A model generated the notes under the pieces. It saw only the letters and a list, made by a program, of their open reading frames with translations. It ran no database searches and had not been told where the DNA came from. The position numbers were made by a program, and so were the translations under genes. 64,000 bases of DNA from Camelus dromedarius (lineage: Eukaryota): NCBI RefSeq assembly GCF_036321535.1, contig NC_087436.1:18602001-18666000 (forward strand). The letters run 5' to 3'. Below are positions 1-11,758 of this stretch, in pieces. The stretch's first letter is position 1. Every line of letters starts with the position of its first letter.

Positions 1-1079
1 TTCCTGGGGTGTCTCTTCATTATTAGTCTGGGAAGTCTCTTTGTCTCTCTCCTGTGTTGGAGCCTCTGTTTTTCTCTTTTTTGGTTAACCGACTTGTTTT
101 ACTTCAGTCAATCTCTCCAGAGTCTCCCAAACTCTCTTAGGTCATAGTGAACGTTTGGGTGACATTCTCTAGCCTGGACAGCAAAGCCCTCTCTTCCCTT
201 CCAGGAATGGAAGTAGGTTTCCGGAGAAAGCTCTTCCTGCTTCTGGGAAAAAAAAAAAAGGAACGGATTCTAGGAGACCCAAGTTTAACGGATGATCATG
301 GCTCTACTTGTTAGACGTTTACAGCTCCTGTGTTAGAAAAAGAGAAACTAGAACATCTTTGTAGTGGCAACAGGAGAAGAAGGACATAGGTTTAATTGGG
401 AGGGGCTGAGGAAGGGAGAAGTGGGTTCAGAGAGAGGGGTCACTGCCAGAGAAGTTCAAGGTTTTGCCATCGATGGTCCTGGTCTTCATTGGGAGTTTCA
501 TGTCGCCGGCCTCAAGGGTCCTGCCAGTAAATTATGTAGTCACTGTGGGTGTGGAAGCAACACTCAGCTGAGTCTCCTCTCTTTGACTCTACAGCGCATA
601 GAGGAAGCTACAGTCTTATTTGTTCCCTACCTCTGCCTGCCAGACAACTATAACTATAAGATCAAAGGAATCCTTGGGCACCTGTTGAGGAGGTCTGTGA
701 GCTGAACTAAACATGGCTTGAGCATCTCAAACTGGAACGTTAGAAGTGGACACTTGTGCTGTGTATACAGAGTAGGGTCAAACTGGGGAATCAATCTCAA
801 GTGACCATGTGACAAGTTTGGCTTCTGTCTTTCTGCACCTGACTTCATCTTCCTCTGCAGCTACTTAAATTCCTAGTGATGGTTGAAAATCATTTTTTAA
901 AGCTTATGATTAGAAGGCAATTTAACCTATTCCAATTTAATAGTTTCATTTTTATGGGTGTGCCTGTATACCCATATTCAAGCAATTTAAAATTCAACCC
1001 CCCCAGAGTTCTTTCTCTCCTGAGGAGTTTCCCTTCCTTCTCCTTATGCCCAAGATGCTGTCTGGGTGTGAGGGGGAGC

Positions 1080-1123
1080 TTATTTATAGCTCTGGGGCAG
1101 GGCTCCCCGCCTAAGTGACGTCA
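1080..1123 (-). promoter_or_regulatory. Candidate Pol II core promoter: CRE, GC box and TATA
   Basis: TGACGTCA at 1116-1123, GGCGGGG at 1105-1111 and TATAAA at 1083-1088, in canonical order on the minus strand. Motif evidence only. Confidence 0.4.
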
Positions 1124-2119
1124 TTCTCACCGTTTTCCTGTTGATCACCTGTTGAGATATATACTCACCTCTGCAGTGGGTGACTTCTGTCCTCGCTGTA
1201 CCCACTGCAGAAAGGTTTGTCCCCCACTGGCTGTCTGGCCTGCCCTGTTTACCCTGTGGCCGTTAGTGTCATCTCAGCTCCCTAGTGACCCCAGGGCAAG
1301 CTCTGGTCTTGGCTCTTGGCTAGCTTCCATGACCTTCTCTGGGAGCAAGCGGGCACTTCTATATTCTTTCTATGCTACATGAAAAAATATGGGAGACTTG
1401 AGGATAGTCAGTACAGTCCTCTCAAGTAGTTCCTGCTTATTTGTCCTTAGCTGCCGCCACTGTGTTGGTCTAGGTCCTCAGACACCCTATGAGGTGGTCT
1501 GCTCATGTGTTCCCAATAGGAACTGCAATGCATAAGGGCCCTTTACCACATAGGGCACAATTCACCAGTCTGATGCCTCCATCTTGTCTCCCTTTGCCAG
1601 ATTTCTGTCTCCATAGTCTACCCCTCAACTGGCTAAATCTTAGGAGTGTGGGGTCGGAGCACTGAACCCCTAAAGAACCGAGGTGGGACATGCATACTGC
1701 ACCCCCCACCCCCCAGGCTTTCCCACTGCTCAGTAGAAGAGCATGTGTTCTCCCCACTCTGGTGAGTGCTTCTCTCACCATGTCTTCCACTGTGGACTTT
1801 TGTTTTAGGTATTCAGGGACAAAAACAATCTGAAGTACTGAAAAGGAGAATGTTCTCGGAGGCACTGAGAATGATTTCTCTCATTACCTCTTTTAAGTCC
1901 ACTCTTTAGGGTTAGTCCTATAACCTGTTCTGTTGAAGTCTTGGGCCAAGTCCATAGTTTTGTTTTTGGTCACTCTTTGATGGATATAAAGCCCTTTTCC
2001 CCCGACAGGAACAATCTCATATCAATAATAAAAATGTGCAGGCCCGGATAATAATCAAAACCCCATACTCTTATCTAATTGTCATTAGATAGGATTCAAC
2101 TCAAAAATTGTCTCCCCAG

Positions 2120-2255
2120 GGTGGGAAGGGTATAGCTCAAGTGGTAGAGTGCATGCTTAGCATGCACAAGGTCCCGGGTTTGATCCCTAGTACCTCCTCT
2201 AAAAATAAAATGAATAAATAACCCCCAAATAATAATAAATAAGTAAAGTCAAACC
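2120..2255 (+). mobile_element. Camelid tRNA-derived SINE (vic-1-like)
   Basis: A/B-box tRNA-like head (tatagctcaagtggtagag...gggtttgatcc) and A-rich tail. TSD ttgtctccccag at 2108-2119 and 2256-2267. Confidence 0.9.
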
Positions 2256-3387
2256 TTGTCTCCCCAGAAAGGCCTTCTCTGAGCATCCTATAGTAAAAGT
2301 AGCCTCAAGGTGGCCTCCTAGCCATTTTTTATTATTTCACCTTGATTTAATTCACTTAACATAAAATACTGGGGGCTTACTATAGTGCCACCCAGAATTA
2401 TTCCAGGCACTGGAGACATTACAACAAACAAGGTAGGCTGGGTCCTTTATATAGTAAGAGGGAGCAGACAATAGACAAACTTAAATGAGCAGGAAAAATA
2501 TCTTTTCGTGATCTGTGCTGTGCAGAGAATTAAAACAAAACAAAACTATAGAGTGAGTGGGTGACTAATTTACATTGTGCGGTCAGGAAAGTCTCTCTGA
2601 GGAAGTGACATTTAAGCTGAAATCAGAATGACAACCTTTTACTTGTTGCATACTGAGTAGTCAACAGAGGCAAGCGCTTGTAAGATCATACGTCATACAG
2701 CATACATTTTAGATGAGAGGACTTGAGTGTAACCACACAGTGTTCCCTGGAGTGTTGGGACAGCCCAGAGGAATGATGAGTGATCCCAGGCGTGGTCAGA
2801 ACTTGCACCATTATTTTGCCTGAAACAACTCGTGGTTCAGCAGAATATTAAGTTCCCATGACCTTTCTACTTTTTCATCAATGGAGACTCTGGGATGCTG
2901 GCACCAATAATGTATGGCTGTACCAACCAACCACGCACAAAGGATCGTGCAATTTATGGTGCAATTGCTGAATACCCGCAGAGGAGGTAGGAGGGTCAAC
3001 GTGGAGGAAGTATTGAACTCAGGCTCCCTTCTGCCTGTTGAACTTTGGAAATAAAGCACTCAGTGCCGGGGGAGGAATTAGAAAACAGCCTACCACTTCA
3101 TAGATTCTCCATGGACACAGAGGAAGGGGAGGTAAACAGATCAGACTGCTTAAGGGCTTAATCTCCCCCAGGCATCCTGACTGATGGATTTGAAAGACTG
3201 AGAAAGACTCTTTAAGGTGGAACAGCTATGAGATTAAGAGATGTTTGTGAAATAAAGGCTTTGAGGCGCAGTTATGTGGGTTGTATGTATCTCCAGCTTG
3301 TTGAAAATTTATTTCTCCCCTGGTAGATTCTATAAGAACACATGTAGCAAAATGATTTTGATTTATCTCGGGTATTTATTGTATAAC

Positions 3388-3909
3388 CGTGATGATTAAT
3401 TTTATGTGTTCATTTTATTTTTACTTAACTGAGCTAAGGGACTCTCAGAGAGTTGGCAAAATGTTATTTCTGGTGTGTCTGTGAAAGCATCTCTGAAAGA
3501 GATTAGCATTTGGCAGACTGAATAAAGAAGATTGCTCTCACCAGTGCGGGAGGATGTTATCCAATCCCCTGAGAGCTTGAATGGAACGAAAAGATGGAGG
3601 AAGGGTGAATTTGTTCTCTCTACTTCAGCCGAGACATCCAGCTCCTCTTGCTCTGGAGCACTGGAGCTCCTGACCCTCAGGCCTTCAGACTCCGAGTAGG
3701 ACTCATGTAATCAGGCCCTGGATTCTAGGGCCTTTGCACTTGGACTAAATTATACAACAGGCTTTCCTGGTTCCCCAGCTTGTGGATGGCAGACTGGGAC
3801 TTCTAGGCCTCCATCATCATGCAAGTCAGTTCCTGTAATAAGTCTCTTATCTATAGCATATGTGTCTATTCTACTGGTTCTGTTTCTCTGAAGAACCCTG
3901 ATTAATACG
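3388..3909 (+). mobile_element. MLT2-like (ERVL) solo LTR
   Basis: Starts gtgatgattaattttatgtg and ends ggttctgtttctctgaagaaccctgattaatac, matching recalled MLT2 termini; homologous to 7862-8418. Confidence 0.85.
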
Positions 3910-4518
3910 ATGGATGAACTGAGGAGAGTGTAACACTACCATCACCAAAAATCAAAGACAGCTTTTCTCTCTTTCTATATATATGGTGTTTACAGAGCAA
4001 CACATGTTAATTGTAGGGAAGTCACACAGTAACGTTTCCCATTGGCACCTATAACTCGCCTTGAGTGTGGATGTGACCCCTCCGACTCCAGCTGGAAGTC
4101 AGTCTTCCCTGAATCCCTGTCGCTGGGAGCTGACCTACCTGAAGAGTTCATTCATGCAGTGTACAGTGCCTGCAATTTGCCATTTCTGCTCAGCAGTGAG
4201 ATAGAAAGGTGGACTGCCTTTGGCCAGGTTCTTCCAGAAGCCGATCTCGAGCCAAGGATTTGGGGGTCAGTTCTTTGTTAAGGTTCAGTCCCCAGAGGAA
4301 ACCCCAGAGGAAATGAGGGAGTAGAAGGGCCATTCTGGAGACAGTCTGGCAGGACGCAGTGATATTAACTATGCAAAACCCTGTCATTTAGCAGCAATTC
4401 TACCCCTGTTTAATATTCCTAGAGAAATCATGCAATGTTCCATGGGGACTCGTACAAAGATGTCCAGTGTAGCTTCTTTGTCATAGCAAAGGACTGGATA
4501 AATTAAATGTAAGATTTT

Positions 4519-4662
4519 GTTTTGTTTTGTATTGTTTTAAAATTTGTGGGGAAGGTAATTAGGTTTGTTTGTTTGTTTGTTTTAATGGAGGTTCTGGGGA
4601 TTGAACCCAAGGCCCTTGTGCATGCTAAGCATGCATTCTACCACTGAGCTCTACCCTCCCCC
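4519..4662 (-). mobile_element. vic-1-like SINE
   Basis: Reverse complement of the SINE. TSD aaatgtaagatttt at 4505-4518 and 4663-4676. Confidence 0.92.
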
Positions 4663-6909
4663 AAATGTAAGATTTTTAAGTGTAAGACATTTTATGTTGA
4701 TAAAATGCTCCACATGTAGGGATTTCCTCCCCTTGCATCCATGGATCATTCATTAATTATTGTTTTGTTTTGCAAGAGCTTTAAACATATAGATATATTC
4801 TATATATTATTTTTATAATTTGAAGGGCAAAAATTATGTTCAAAGAAAATAACAGTTTATGAGCGTATCTGTGATTATATCTTTTAAAATAGCAAATATA
4901 TAAAGAAATGTACTAAAATATGAAAAAAAAAGAAAATAATAAAAATTGAGGTACCAACTGAGCTAAAAATGTGAAAAGGCAGAAAATGAGGAGGAGCAGG
5001 ATTTATGGACAATAGCCTTAAAGATGGAGAAAGGAATTGGTGCAGCTGTTCCCTTTCCCCTTTTCTAAGGTCTCAGGGGTTTTCCTTTGGAAAGTCACCT
5101 CCTTCCCCTCACCCTCCACCCCCTTCCCGACTGCCCCTCCAAGTGATGGCCCTTTATGGCTTTAAGCTGGTCAGCAGAATTCCGTCCCTCCCAACAGGGT
5201 CATCTAAGCCTAATCCCATCAGGTTTCATAAAATAGAAAAAAGACTGGACCCAGGAGTTCAAATTTTTGTCATGCACAAACGTTTGCCCTGAAAAGCCTA
5301 AAAGGGCACAAAGGTTCCCTTTATCTGATCACATTTAGTAGATTTTCTCATTTCAGAATATTTTAAAAAACACAAGAACCTAACTGTAGTTAATCCCAGG
5401 GATCACACTCTGAGGGAAATAGCGAGCTATAGGTTATGGGGAAATGGCTTAATTCTGTCAAACCTGCGTGTAAATGGAGTGAGTCGGGCTGTGTCCGTAG
5501 TCCCTGGGGCCCACGATTTGGCTGATCGTGTGATATTACGCAGTCTGAGCAAGTCTGTTACTCTCTCCCATCTGGAACACATCTGCCACACAACACCAGA
5601 AGCACAATGGTATCCACTGTCATGGAATCCAATTCAAGTAAAAGATGATCAATTCCACGTACGTAAATTAGGTAAAGGGGCTGTGGTTTAGGAGCCAAAA
5701 GGAAAAAAATCTGTGGAATTCTCTATGTTCCCCTGGGAAGATTCCATGACTCCTCTGATTATATCTAGGTTTGGCATTGCTATTCCTGATTTATTACCCT
5801 TAGGAAGAACCACAGAATCTACTGAATAATATAGATGCTAAAAGCTTGGGAAACCCATGAAATATTAGGACTTTGGCTTCATCAAGTTAAGTGACCTATG
5901 CCAGCATGCTTCATGGGGAAAACCTGGCTTTGCAGTTACAGTCTAATTTCCAGTTCTTGATTATTCCCTGATTCTAAGAGCTGTGGCCTGTCTCCTCTCA
6001 GTTTTAGAAACAAAAAAGTCGGAGTGTCAGTGCTGACCAGATATAGACACTGGTTTGTCTTTGTTACTACTTAAAGGAGAGTGTGACAGCAGCTTCTCCA
6101 ATGCAGGATTATTTTAAAAACAAAACAAAACAAAACCACTAGGGTTTTACAATGGGAAGACCCAACTGGAATTTCAGAAAGAATCGACTGCATATGGTGG
6201 GCTGTGCCTTGCTTTAACTTTGCTTGTTTGGAGTATGGAGAAAAATCAATAAATGCAGTACCGTGCTAGGTTATGTTACAAACAAAAAGAACTGCAGATT
6301 CAGATTCAGGCTTGGAGAGGTCTGGGAAGGCTGACAGTGCATTTTCTTCACTCCACACACGCACAGTGTTTAATACTATATTGTGGACTAATAATACTAT
6401 TAAAAATAACAGTAGAGTTAATAGGCTAGTAAAAGATTCACATTTGTCTTGGCTATCTGCTGGACTTAATCTCCCATTTGTTTCATTACTGAAATAATTT
6501 AAAATTTCCTGGATAGGCTTATTTTTGGATGGAGAATAACATGTATTTACAGACTTAAAAAAGCTCCCAATATAGAGACAACACTATATTGCTTATTGTA
6601 ACGCCGTTCTCAGAGCAGTAACATAATTATACTCACTGAAATGATAAGGATTGTTGAAGTAAGAGTCCTTGCTCTGTGTTTACTGGTGTCACCAGCTGAA
6701 GTTTAAAGAATTTTGACTACTGTTGTCTCTGTGCCATTCCTGTCCCCTGTGCTGACGGCTACTGAGTCACCACCAAGCACTTCAGTACATGTGTTTATTT
6801 ATACATCTGGTTTCATGTTCCCAGCAACGAGCATGGTGTAATATGGTGGGTGTTTGCTACATCTGTGTTGAGTGAAAAGATAAATTAAGGGTTGGAGGGT
6901 AGGGAAGAA

Positions 6910-7230
6910 AAGGTGGAACACGGTATTTTTAGGGCAGTGAATCTATCTGAATGATACTGTAATGGTGGATAACTGTCACTCTCCATTTGTCAAAACCCAT
7001 TGAATGTACAACACAAAGAGTGAACCCTCATGTAAACTTACGGACTTTGGTTAATAATATTATATCAATATTGGTTCCTCAAATATCCCACACTAATACA
7101 AGGGGAAGATAGGAGGAACTGTTTGTGAGGAATGAGGGGAAAAGAGGGCATGTGGAAAATCTCTACTTTCCAATCAATTTTTTTTTGTAAACCTAAAACT
7201 ACTCTAAAAAACCGAGTCCATTAATTTAAA
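6910..7230 (+). mobile_element. Old L1 (L1MC-like) 3' end
   Basis: Contains catttgtcaaaaccca...gaatgtacaacacaaagagtgaaccct...tgtaaacctaaaactactctaaaaa, typical of L1MC 3' ends. Confidence 0.75.
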
Positions 7231-7861
7231 CAATGACAAGAGAAATCAAAATATCTTTGATGAGATCTTCCTAGACTATGTGAATTGTAAGCAATGGAAA
7301 ACCAAATTTAACTAGCGTGAGCACAAAGGTAAATGTGTTGATTTGCTTACTCAAGCCACAGGAGAGCACCAGGGAAAACTAGATCCAGGATCTTAAATGC
7401 TATTTTCTCATCTTTGTTACACCCTAGACTGACTTTCTTCATAACGCCCACACCATGGTGGCCCGCACCTCCCTGGCTCACAGCCTCTCTCACCACAGTG
7501 GAAAAGGGCTCTTTCTTTCTTTAGTTGTTCTTAGAAAATTCCCCAGGCGATGCTAACCAGCCTCGCTTGGAAATGTGAACACCTTTAGACCATTTATGAG
7601 GTAGAGAAACAAGCTCCAGTTTGAGTATGGTGTTTCCAAAGGTGGAAACAAGAGGGCCTGTTGCAGTTACCCTGGCAAGAGACGCTGGTGGCTCAGAAAA
7701 GGGAGGTAGAGACAGAAGTGGTCAGATCCTGGAGATATTCTGAAGCTGAGGCCATCAGGACTTACTGAGGTGTTGGGCATAAGCTGTGAAAGAAAGAAGT
7801 AGGAAATGACTTTAAGGTTTCTGCCCTGACCACTCAAAGGATGGACTGTGTTTAACTGACC

Positions 7862-8418
7862 TGTGATGGTTAGTTTTATGTGTAACTTGTCTGGGCAAAG
7901 GGACACCCAGAGATGTCTAGTTAAGATGTTATCTGTGGATGTGTCTATGAAGGTCTTTCTGGGAGAGATTAGCATTTGAACCAGGAGACTGTCTACAGCA
8001 GATCTCCTCTCCCCGGTGGGGGGCACCATCATCATCCATCAGTAGAGGGACAATATGGAGGAGGAAGAATGAGTTCTGTCTCTTCCTGAACTGGGACATC
8101 CATCTTCTCCTCCCTGTGGACACTGGTCCTCCTGGGTCTTGGACCTTTGGATTCTGGGACTGACACCAGTGAGCTGTCGATGGTTCTCAGGATTTTGGCC
8201 TCAAAACTGGGAGTTATACCATCAGCTCCCCTGGTTTTCAGGCATTAGGACTTGGACTGCATTATATCACTGGCTTCTCTGGCTCTCCAGTCTTATAGAT
8301 GGCAGATCATTGCATACATATCTCTGCCTCCATGATCACATGGGCCAATTCTCAAAATAAATCTCTTATATCTATCTTTTATATTGCTTCTGTTTCTCTG
8401 GAGAACCTGGACTAATAA
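7862..8418 (+). mobile_element. MLT2-like solo LTR inserted into a minus-strand L2 remnant (~7700-7860 and ~8420-8530)
   Basis: Runs tgtgatggttagttttatgtgtaacttg ... ctgtttctctggagaacctggactaata; both flanks resemble L2. Confidence 0.8.
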
Positions 8419-8589
8419 ATTAGCAGAAGAATATGATGGCAGCAAAGGTTAGAGGGATACCAGGAGCTTAGTTTTAGATATAGTATATTTGCTAGCCATC
8501 CAGTTGGGATGTCAAGTTGGATAAAGATGAGTCTTTCCTGCAGGTATCCACCTGACATATTGTTTACTGACTGCCATTGTTTATTGTAC

Positions 8590-8740
8590 AACTCCTTCCT
8601 CTGGAATACAAGCTCCAGGAGGGCAGGAACTTAGCTTGTATTGTTCCCTGCTATATCCCCAGTACCTAGAAGAATTCCTGCTGCATAGTAGACGCTTAGT
8701 AAAATTTACAGGAAAGGTGAATGAAGGAATGAATGAGAGG
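8590..8740 (+). mobile_element. L2 3' end
   Basis: agctccaggagggcaggaac...ttgttccctgctatatccccagtacctagaa...gaatgaaggaatgaatga tail. Confidence 0.7.
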
Positions 8741-8887
8741 TTTAAGTGTTCAAGACAACAAAGAAGGCTGAGAAGAAAGTACAGTTGGGAAATATCTGTT
8801 TGAAAGTAAAAACTGCTTGCCTGTTCAGTACCAGGGAGAGGTTTGCAACAGGCACTGTGTAACGAATACTTTCTAGATATAACTATG

Positions 8888-8930
8888 TACAAATGAAGAC
8901 ACACTTGCAAGGCTTCTGTAAACTTTTATT
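8888..8930 (-). terminator. EDNRA polyadenylation signal with downstream GU/U-rich element
   Basis: AATAAA on the minus strand at 8925-8930, followed ~20 nt later by GTGTGTCTTCATTTGT. Confidence 0.8.
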
Positions 8931-11305
8931 TTATACTTGTGGGCCACTGCCAATGCAGGGCCTTGGCTTCTGGCTCATTTCTACAGATTTACTTGGAAAA
9001 ATGTGATAAAGGTAGAAATTGGAACTATTCCTACTAGTAAACCATGGTTACTTACTGGTCCATAAATAAAATGCACATGGAAGCCTGTACGGTTATTCAG
9101 AAATCTATGACTTTCTGAACTTGTAAAATGCATTTTTTCATATGCAAGAGACAAAGCATCTTAAAAAAAAAAAGACAATTGTCTAGACAAAATGGTGTGA
9201 ACCTATGGCTTATATTATAGGTATATATCACTGCATGTGATGCACCAGTGGAGTAATGAGATTTGACTGCTAACACATAAAGGGGCCCTGCAATTGGATC
9301 GCTGGAACCTGACATCATTTCATACATGACTGCACTAGACTATAGCCCAAGGAGTCAGCTTAGCTACCTTATCATCAGTCATCTTTCTGATGAAGTCCAG
9401 TAGAAACATCTGCCCACTTGTCAACCTTATCACCACGTTGAGCGGAGGATTGGGCCAATGTAATGCTTCAAAGTTTAATGACCTTTGTTCCAGCACAGGA
9501 AAAAAATACAACTCCAAAGACTGCTTTTTTCAAACCAACCATCCAACCAACCAACCAACGAACCAAACAAACAAAACCCCATTGTCACCCCATGGCTTGT
9601 CCTTTTTCATGTTGCCTCCCACATTCCATTTGTAATGGTAACATGGTCACAAGACTGAGGAACTCAGATAGATTAAAACTGACTGAGGCCGGTTGTGAGG
9701 AACAACCACCGAGATTCCACTCAGAGTGTGTGCTTTGGCACAACTACAGGGCATGGCTATGAGATTACACAAAGTCCATGCACAGTATCCCACAACATGC
9801 ATACATCACACACACAAATACATTCCATAGAAACAGTCACAGAAAAACTGGCTGAAAGAAATGGACAGTTGTTTACATATATATTTATATACACACAGTA
9901 AAAGGTTTTCTGCTGTACTCACAGTCTGTAAACATTGTGGGAAAGGCCCAGCAGAAGTCACTGTGGGCCTTTTGAAATGATACTCATGTGTGGAGAGGGG
10001 GCGGGGGAGGTGCTTAGCTTCATACTGGAAACCCAGGGCCGTGAGGAACCTTCAGTTCATGGTGTCACTTGGGGGTAATTATATTTCACTGACATGATAA
10101 ACTCAGCTGGCTGCTTTGAAATTATGTTTTGTATACTCCTATGTGGAAAAGAAAATGGCCAAAAAAGTCTTACTGTCGGTTAACATTTTAAGAGCAATCA
10201 AGAGCCCGTCAGGTGACATGTATACATGTACATAGGTATGTATACACACATACACATGTTACCATTATCAAAAAAAATCTCGATGAAAATGTCCAAACCT
10301 TCTAAGACTACTCAGTCCTTCTCTCCTAGGTGTGCTTTAGACTTCAATGCATTGCACTGAAAGTCTTAAGCCTAGTTAAATGACACATACATTAACGTTT
10401 TAGTACATGGTATTAATTTTGCATAAAATGTTTTCATTAAAAAATTGGGCTTATGAAAAATAGAACTATTTGATTCAAACATTATTTTGAAATTTAACAT
10501 AAAAATATGCACAAGATCTCCAATAATGAAACACCATTAAAAAAAAAAAAGAAAACGTAGGTTCTTAAAAATTCTTTGCATAGCTGCTATCAAACTGCCA
10601 CATGTGGATATCAGTCTGTGCCTTAAGTTCCTGTATTTGTTGTAGCTTGAGACTTTACGTTTTAAAAATAAGCCAGTGATACAAAAAACATTAACCTAAT
10701 TGCTCACCTGAAGTCTGTTTTACCTCTTCCTTTTTTGGGGGGCAAAATATGTGTAAATATCTCGAATAATCATTTTTAGGCTTCTATGCAGTTAAAAACT
10801 ACTGGCACTGAATGACATTTCAAATAAAGGTGACTTAAATCCATACTGTATTTGGCCAAAAAAAAAATTCCTTTAAAAATAGAAAACCTTGTCATAATCT
10901 CTAAACTCTTCCTGGTGACCAGTTCTTATTGAATATTCTACAGAATGGCCATGAAATCTGGCCATGTACTCAAAAACTCTATTTCCATGTGAAGGTAGTA
11001 AATATCCTTCTGGTGTAGCTGAACAATCTCCTTTCCCCCTGACAACTCCCACCATCTTTTAGGGCTGAATATAACATGCAAAATATGTAAATTAGATAAA
11101 TTAAAGAAGTAAGATTCGTTGAATTTGTGGGTATAAACCAGTCAACCCTTCAATGTTTTGGAAAGCGTTTTTCCGGTGGGTGGGACTGAGTCATGGGAGA
11201 AGGATGGAAGATGAGATTTCTGGAGATGCAGTTGCTGTCTGTGTGATTTGTCTTTTTTCCTTCCATTGGATGTGAAGGAATATTGATTAATGTTCCTTAA
11301 GGTAT
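8909..11305 (-). other. EDNRA: EDNRA 3'UTR (~2.4 kb)
   Basis: AU-rich stretch with no recognisable interspersed repeats, running from the stop codon to a canonical poly(A) signal. The exact cleavage site is inferred. Confidence 0.8.
9531..9577. repeat. (CAAC)n/(CAAA)n simple repeat in the EDNRA 3'UTR
   Basis: caaaccaaccatccaaccaaccaaccaacgaaccaaacaaacaaaac. Confidence 0.8.
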
Positions 11306-11446
11306 TCAGTTGATACTGTCCTTATGGCTGCTCCTCTCTGTGTTATGGTTGTTTTGTTCATGGTTCTTCCATTGGATGCTTGTTCCATTCATGGGGACCG
11401 AGGTCATCAGACTTTTAGACTGGTAGCAGCAGCAGCAGAGGCAAGA
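11306..11446 (-). CDS. EDNRA: EDNRA last exon, coding part (141 bp including TGA); C-terminal tail with cysteine cluster
   Basis: Translates SCLCCCCYQSKSLMTSVPMNGTSIQWKNHEQNNHNTERSSHKDSIN*. AG acceptor at 11447-11448. Confidence 0.98.
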   Translation of the reverse strand, partial: SCLCCCCYQSKSLMTSVPMNGTSIQWKNHEQNNHNTERSSHKDSIN

Positions 11447-11720
11447 CTGGGAGAAGGAACAGACTCTCATCAAGATGAGACCACCAACCTGTTCCCAGCA
11501 GGACACAGGCCCACCGACAAGGGGTAACTGTCCACAGGCATTTGAGGTCAGACGTGAGGCTCAGCAGTAATCTAGAGTAGGGAGTTTGTAATCTCTTGGT
11601 AGAAGTTCAACTGTCCACTCAAGTGCAGAGCAACAGATCCCTTGTTTCCTGTTTTAATTTATTCAGAGTCAAAGAGGAAGGGAAGGCACTGTTGGCCAGA
11701 GGGAGAGGGTTCTGTGACTT

Positions 11721-11758
11721 GGGGTGGGTGTGGGTGTGGGTGGGAAGGGTGGGGTGGG
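11721..11758 (+). repeat. G-rich simple repeat with eight G3+ runs (G-quadruplex motif)
   Basis: ggggtgggtgtgggtgtgggtgggaagggtggggtggg. Confidence 0.75.

Noticed and set aside
2120..2200. tRNA gene calls for the tRNA-like sequences (here and in 10 other copies)
   Set aside because: They have A-rich tails, TSDs, degenerate stems and high copy number, so they are SINEs.
2750..3100. Possible ERV internal coding remnant next to the MLT2 LTR (ORF 2811..3059)
   Set aside because: No recognisable retroviral motif; cannot be supported without a homology search.
3388..8418. Provirus bounded by two same-orientation MLT2 LTRs
   Set aside because: The LTRs are quite diverged from each other, the second sits inside an L2, and I recognise no gag/pol between them. 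They are independent solo LTRs.
11324..11527. 67-aa + strand ORF with a hydrophobic, signal-like N-terminus
   Set aside because: Antisense shadow of the last EDNRA exon; no independent promoter or splice support.
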